Both the position numbers and the translations under genes were made by a program. Below the pieces are notes generated by a model that saw only the letters and a list, made by a program, of their open reading frames with translations, had not been told where the DNA came from and did no database searches. 64,000 nt of DNA, taken from NCBI GenBank assembly GCA_040954595.2, contig CM082592.2, forward strand, positions 3,550,735 through 3,614,734. Direction: 5' to 3'. This DNA is from Balanoglossus misakiensis (Eukaryota; Animalia; Hemichordata). Shown here piece by piece: positions 60,540 to 64,000 of the stretch; the stretch's first letter is position 1; each line of letters begins with the position of its first letter.

Positions 60540-62258
60540 ATGAGTTCTGGTGCCTCTGGTTCCGATTTTGCCTACCTATATCGTCGTGTGATTCAACTTT
60601 CTGAACCATCCAACGAAACAATCCCGAATGATGTGGACGATAGTTTTCATGCCAAAGGCACGTACGGCCTCTGCCAATTTCGACCAAGAAGCGGGACCAT
60701 CGTCAAACAGAGTCGTGGATTCAAGAGAGACCGGACGAAGTTACATATCAAGAATAATTTTATTACTAATCTGGAGACATCTCTCGCCAAAGAGGCTCTC
60801 ATTATGCGATACCTGAACAAAAAAGATGCGACGTCGTACAGATATCTTCCGAAACTGCTATCTTTTCAGATCGTGGCTTACAGACACTCGTCTGGAAACA
60901 TAATTCGGATGGTTCCGGAACTGCAAATGGAATTTGCCGGAGTAGACCTGCACAGGTTTTGCATCGTAGATGGCAATCTTGTCAACGTTCAACACTTACT
61001 GAAACAAGCATTAGAAGCGCTGCAGTTTCTCAGTGCGCATGGGGTACTTCATTGCGATATCACGTTGTCGAACATTACTTTCCATCGGGAACTGTCTCGG
61101 TTTAAGTTGATCGACTTCGGGTATGCTGAATTTATTCATGCAGATATTGTCGATAAAATGGCGTTCACGTCACCGCATTCTGAGATTCCACTTGGTGCGT
61201 CTCGCATGAAGGCGCTACAGACAGGAAATAGTCCATATTCTAAATCGCATTTACCTCGCGGTATCTTGTTGCATTCTCTGGACCCGTGTCCTGAAGAAAA
61301 TACAATCAGTGCATGCACTCAGACGACACCGTTGCCGTACTATGACCCAAGTATTGCTCTGTCAGATGAAATAGAAACAGAATCATATAGCCATGAGAGT
61401 GATTGTTTTTCGTTGGCATGTGCAGCGGTGATGGTAATGGGTCTTCCCATGTACAGAGATAGAGACCTCGCGACAGTCACTTATCATATTCTACAATCTG
61501 TGACATGCCCGGTCCAAGCTCAACGTTGTATCGACCACTTAACGCGTGTCTGTCGCTCAATTAACTTACTTAGAGGGCCACTCGACGACATCGAAATTGC
61601 GTTCTGGAAGTCAATGATAAACAAAGATATACGACTGATACATGAACTGGGATTCAACTATCTGGGACCAAGGCTTCTCGATCGAGTTAATTGGATATAC
61701 GGCGACTATGTAGTTAAAGCCCTGAAATCGATGTTGCACCCTATCAGAAGTTTTAGATCACCTGCGGCTGATACTCTGCTTCTTTTGGATCAAGTGCCAC
61801 ATGTAACTGCTGATTATGACACGGATGTAGATGGCCTATCTCACGCTCGTCAACTCACAGACAGGTATATAGTCCACACAGCCAAGTACACTATCAGTCC
61901 GTCACACGACATCCCAGTTGCATCAATCACTCTGGCAACGCGTGTAGATGGACACCGATTTGTGCCAATATTCACTGATGATCGTCTCGTCGTTAAGTGG
62001 TTCAATATTACATGCCCACGTGTTCACTATAAAAACGTCATAACGAAACTTCTCTGTGGCATATATCGCTCCCATTCCAAAGGAAGCCCGTCGCTTCAGG
62101 TACCTCGTGAGAGACTATTATCTCTCCGATTTGAGGTTTTGCACAAACACGAGCGTGGCTTAATTCACTCGTGTTTTGTGGAAACATTCGGCGCTATCTA
62201 CGTACATGACAAAATGATCGTAAATGCAGTGGATATTGACGTCGATTTGACCGAATAG
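60540..62258 (+). CDS. Divergent intronless Ser/Thr protein kinase with a long C-terminal extension (572 aa)
   Basis: Gly loop AKGTYG, beta3 IVK, alphaC KEALIMRYL, catalytic loop LHCDITLSNI, LIDFGYA, subdomain IX SDCFSLA; TATAAAA at ~60447. Confidence 0.88.
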   Translation: MSSGASGSDFAYLYRRVIQLSEPSNETIPNDVDDSFHAKGTYGLCQFRPRSGTIVKQSRGFKRDRTKLHIKNNFITNLETSLAKEALIMRYLNKKDATSYRYLPKLLSFQIVAYRHSSGNIIRMVPELQMEFAGVDLHRFCIVDGNLVNVQHLLKQALEALQFLSAHGVLHCDITLSNITFHRELSRFKLIDFGYAEFIHADIVDKMAFTSPHSEIPLGASRMKALQTGNSPYSKSHLPRGILLHSLDPCPEENTISACTQTTPLPYYDPSIALSDEIETESYSHESDCFSLACAAVMVMGLPMYRDRDLATVTYHILQSVTCPVQAQRCIDHLTRVCRSINLLRGPLDDIEIAFWKSMINKDIRLIHELGFNYLGPRLLDRVNWIYGDYVVKALKSMLHPIRSFRSPAADTLLLLDQVPHVTADYDTDVDGLSHARQLTDRYIVHTAKYTISPSHDIPVASITLATRVDGHRFVPIFTDDRLVVKWFNITCPRVHYKNVITKLLCGIYRSHSKGSPSLQVPRERLLSLRFEVLHKHERGLIHSCFVETFGAIYVHDKMIVNAVDIDVDLTE

Positions 62259-62273
62259 AACTTCGACATTAGG

Positions 62274-63002
62274 ATGGACGGATGCGAATACCGGGTAGTG
62301 CATTCCACCAACAGGCGCGCAGAGATGGTTTTCTTCATGGTTAACATCGTCTCATCTCAAGTGATTGGTCATAGGAAACCTCCTGATGACATGGAGATGT
62401 CGTCATCGGTACACCTTCGAGGATCTAAACTGCAGCACACAATGTTTGAAGTCGCCAATCCTTTGACACACTCGTCCACAGTACTGAACTTCGCTTCTAC
62501 TGGAGCAACTACTGTTACCGTAAGAGGTAATTACCTACTGAGAACACGAGCCAGTCTGGATTTTGCTTACCATCAGGGACTGGCTTTCAACAAACGAAGA
62601 CTGGTGCTGTTACCGTTCTCTACGAATAACTTAAATTACTCTGGGCGTTTGTACGGGGTGATGAACCCACACCAGGTCAAAGACTGTCTTTGTAACAGCG
62701 AACGGTGTATAGTAGACAAGAACGATCAATTTCCCTCTATAAAATTAACTTTTGAACAAGATGGTTTAACCAGCCAAAAAGTGTGTTTTCAACTATTTGT
62801 CCCAACGATGTCTATTAATACTCAATTTCAAACTTGGGACACGCTTTACGAGAGCAGTCAGAGAATGTTAGATATCATACTCCGTTATGCCGATTTTAAT
62901 CAGGATCTGTGTACTATGTGTGTAAATGCAGAGACGTTAAAAGGCCGCAAACTTTGTAAAAATGAAGTAGATGAGATATACGATAACTTTAGTCGGGCAT
63001 AG
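62274..63002 (+). CDS. Intronless orphan protein (242 aa) with CxC-x4-C and CxxC motifs
   Basis: Starts 15 bp after the kinase stop, Kozak aggATGG; I recognise no domain. Confidence 0.78.
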   Translation: MDGCEYRVVHSTNRRAEMVFFMVNIVSSQVIGHRKPPDDMEMSSSVHLRGSKLQHTMFEVANPLTHSSTVLNFASTGATTVTVRGNYLLRTRASLDFAYHQGLAFNKRRLVLLPFSTNNLNYSGRLYGVMNPHQVKDCLCNSERCIVDKNDQFPSIKLTFEQDGLTSQKVCFQLFVPTMSINTQFQTWDTLYESSQRMLDIILRYADFNQDLCTMCVNAETLKGRKLCKNEVDEIYDNFSRA

Positions 63003-64000
63003 GTTATTTCACAGCTACCTTACAGTACAATAGCGTAATTTGCGTTGTTTGCATAAAGCAAGTAATCGTATAACAAAATGGAAGTTATAACAAACACGCG
63101 TTAATGCTTTATATTGACGACAGTGTTGTAATTATTGTTACTACCATGTTTTAATTATTGGAGTTATCAGGTATTTCCAATACATGCCTCATTGAAGCCG
63201 AAAAATAAGATATTAAATGCATGTTTTAAATAGAATCTGTACGTTCTCCTTATCATGCGTTATGTCTGGGGCGCGTAAATGGATCACATCTGTACCGAGA
63301 TAAGTATCTGACGTGAGCAATGTGAAGAATCGTTGAATATGTTATTTCGAACGTTTCAAGAAAATGCATGACACCTTGTGGCGATGCGAGTTTGTTCAAA
63401 TGCGTAAATGTTACTTTTATGAAATTGTAGTATTAAAAACAAACTATTTGAGAAATATAGTTTTCTATGTCGTCAATTGTGGTGTGTGTGTGTGCGAGTG
63501 CGCATGTGTTATTTAGATCACGAAAAAAAATGAGCAGGGAAAACCAATATCCTAAGTCGACCGCGAGTAGGTTCAGGAACGCACGGATTGCCGCAATAAC
63601 ACGCTTTGATCAGTAGCCATGAAATGTAAACAGGCGATATCGTGGCCTATAATAATTAGTGACGCATGCCAGAGTGCGAACGCGGCACTTCCGATCGCAT
63701 TATTACGGTGGGAAAAAAAACTAAAGTAATTATTGACTGGGCGCACAAAAGCCCGAGTGATGTTAACGAAGGCCAGAGAGAATGAAAATCTTGTTTCAGG
63801 AGCGGCGAGCGAATATTTTTTTTTTTTAGGCTGAAGGCAAATCCTGTTCTCTGGCATATTTGCACAGATGCAGACAAGGCGATATAGTTGTTTCCCTTTT
63901 TACCAGAAATATCTCAGACAAAAACACTGATACATGTACTTGTAACTGAATGCATAGGCCGCTGGTCTTTGCACAACATATGTTGTAATGCGGAAGTAGA

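Larger units (their letters stand above)
46891..63002. mobile_element. Putative endogenous large DNA virus or virus-like giant element (partial; boundaries undefined)
   Basis: Eleven compact genes, mostly intronless, with gaps as short as 15-116 bp, TATA-like, Kozak and polyA signals, membrane glycoprotein-like ORFs and a divergent kinase. This contrasts with the intron-rich host genes at 1-41 kb. No hallmark virion or replication gene is seen. Confidence 0.65.

Overview
Eukaryotic DNA, probably from a marine invertebrate (inferred from spliceosomal introns, metazoan genes and the MITE content), in two contrasting halves. 1-41.5 kb is ordinary host chromosome: a 5'-partial WSB1-like WD40/SOCS-box gene (+), a sigma-class glutathione S-transferase with a GC-AG intron (-), a SEPT2-group (SEPT4/5-like) septin with alternative N-termini and a cassette micro-exon (+), a very long Ser/Arg/Pro-rich disordered-protein gene (-), and many MITEs and tandem repeats. 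At about 41.9 kb the character changes: a ~5-kb mosaic of tandem and inverted repeats is followed by ~16 kb (46.9-63.0 kb) of tightly packed, mostly intronless orphan genes, many with TATA-like boxes, good Kozak contexts and nearby polyA signals. These include a tandemly duplicated F-box/LRR gene, four Cys-rich secreted or membrane proteins, a spliced coiled-coil protein and a divergent kinase whose catalytic loop resembles herpesviral kinases. My best interpretation is one end of an endogenised large nuclear dsDNA virus or virus-like giant mobile element. A MITE family found both in the host half and inside the block supports real integration. No hallmark capsid, terminase, polymerase or transposase gene is visible here, so the viral assignment is inference.
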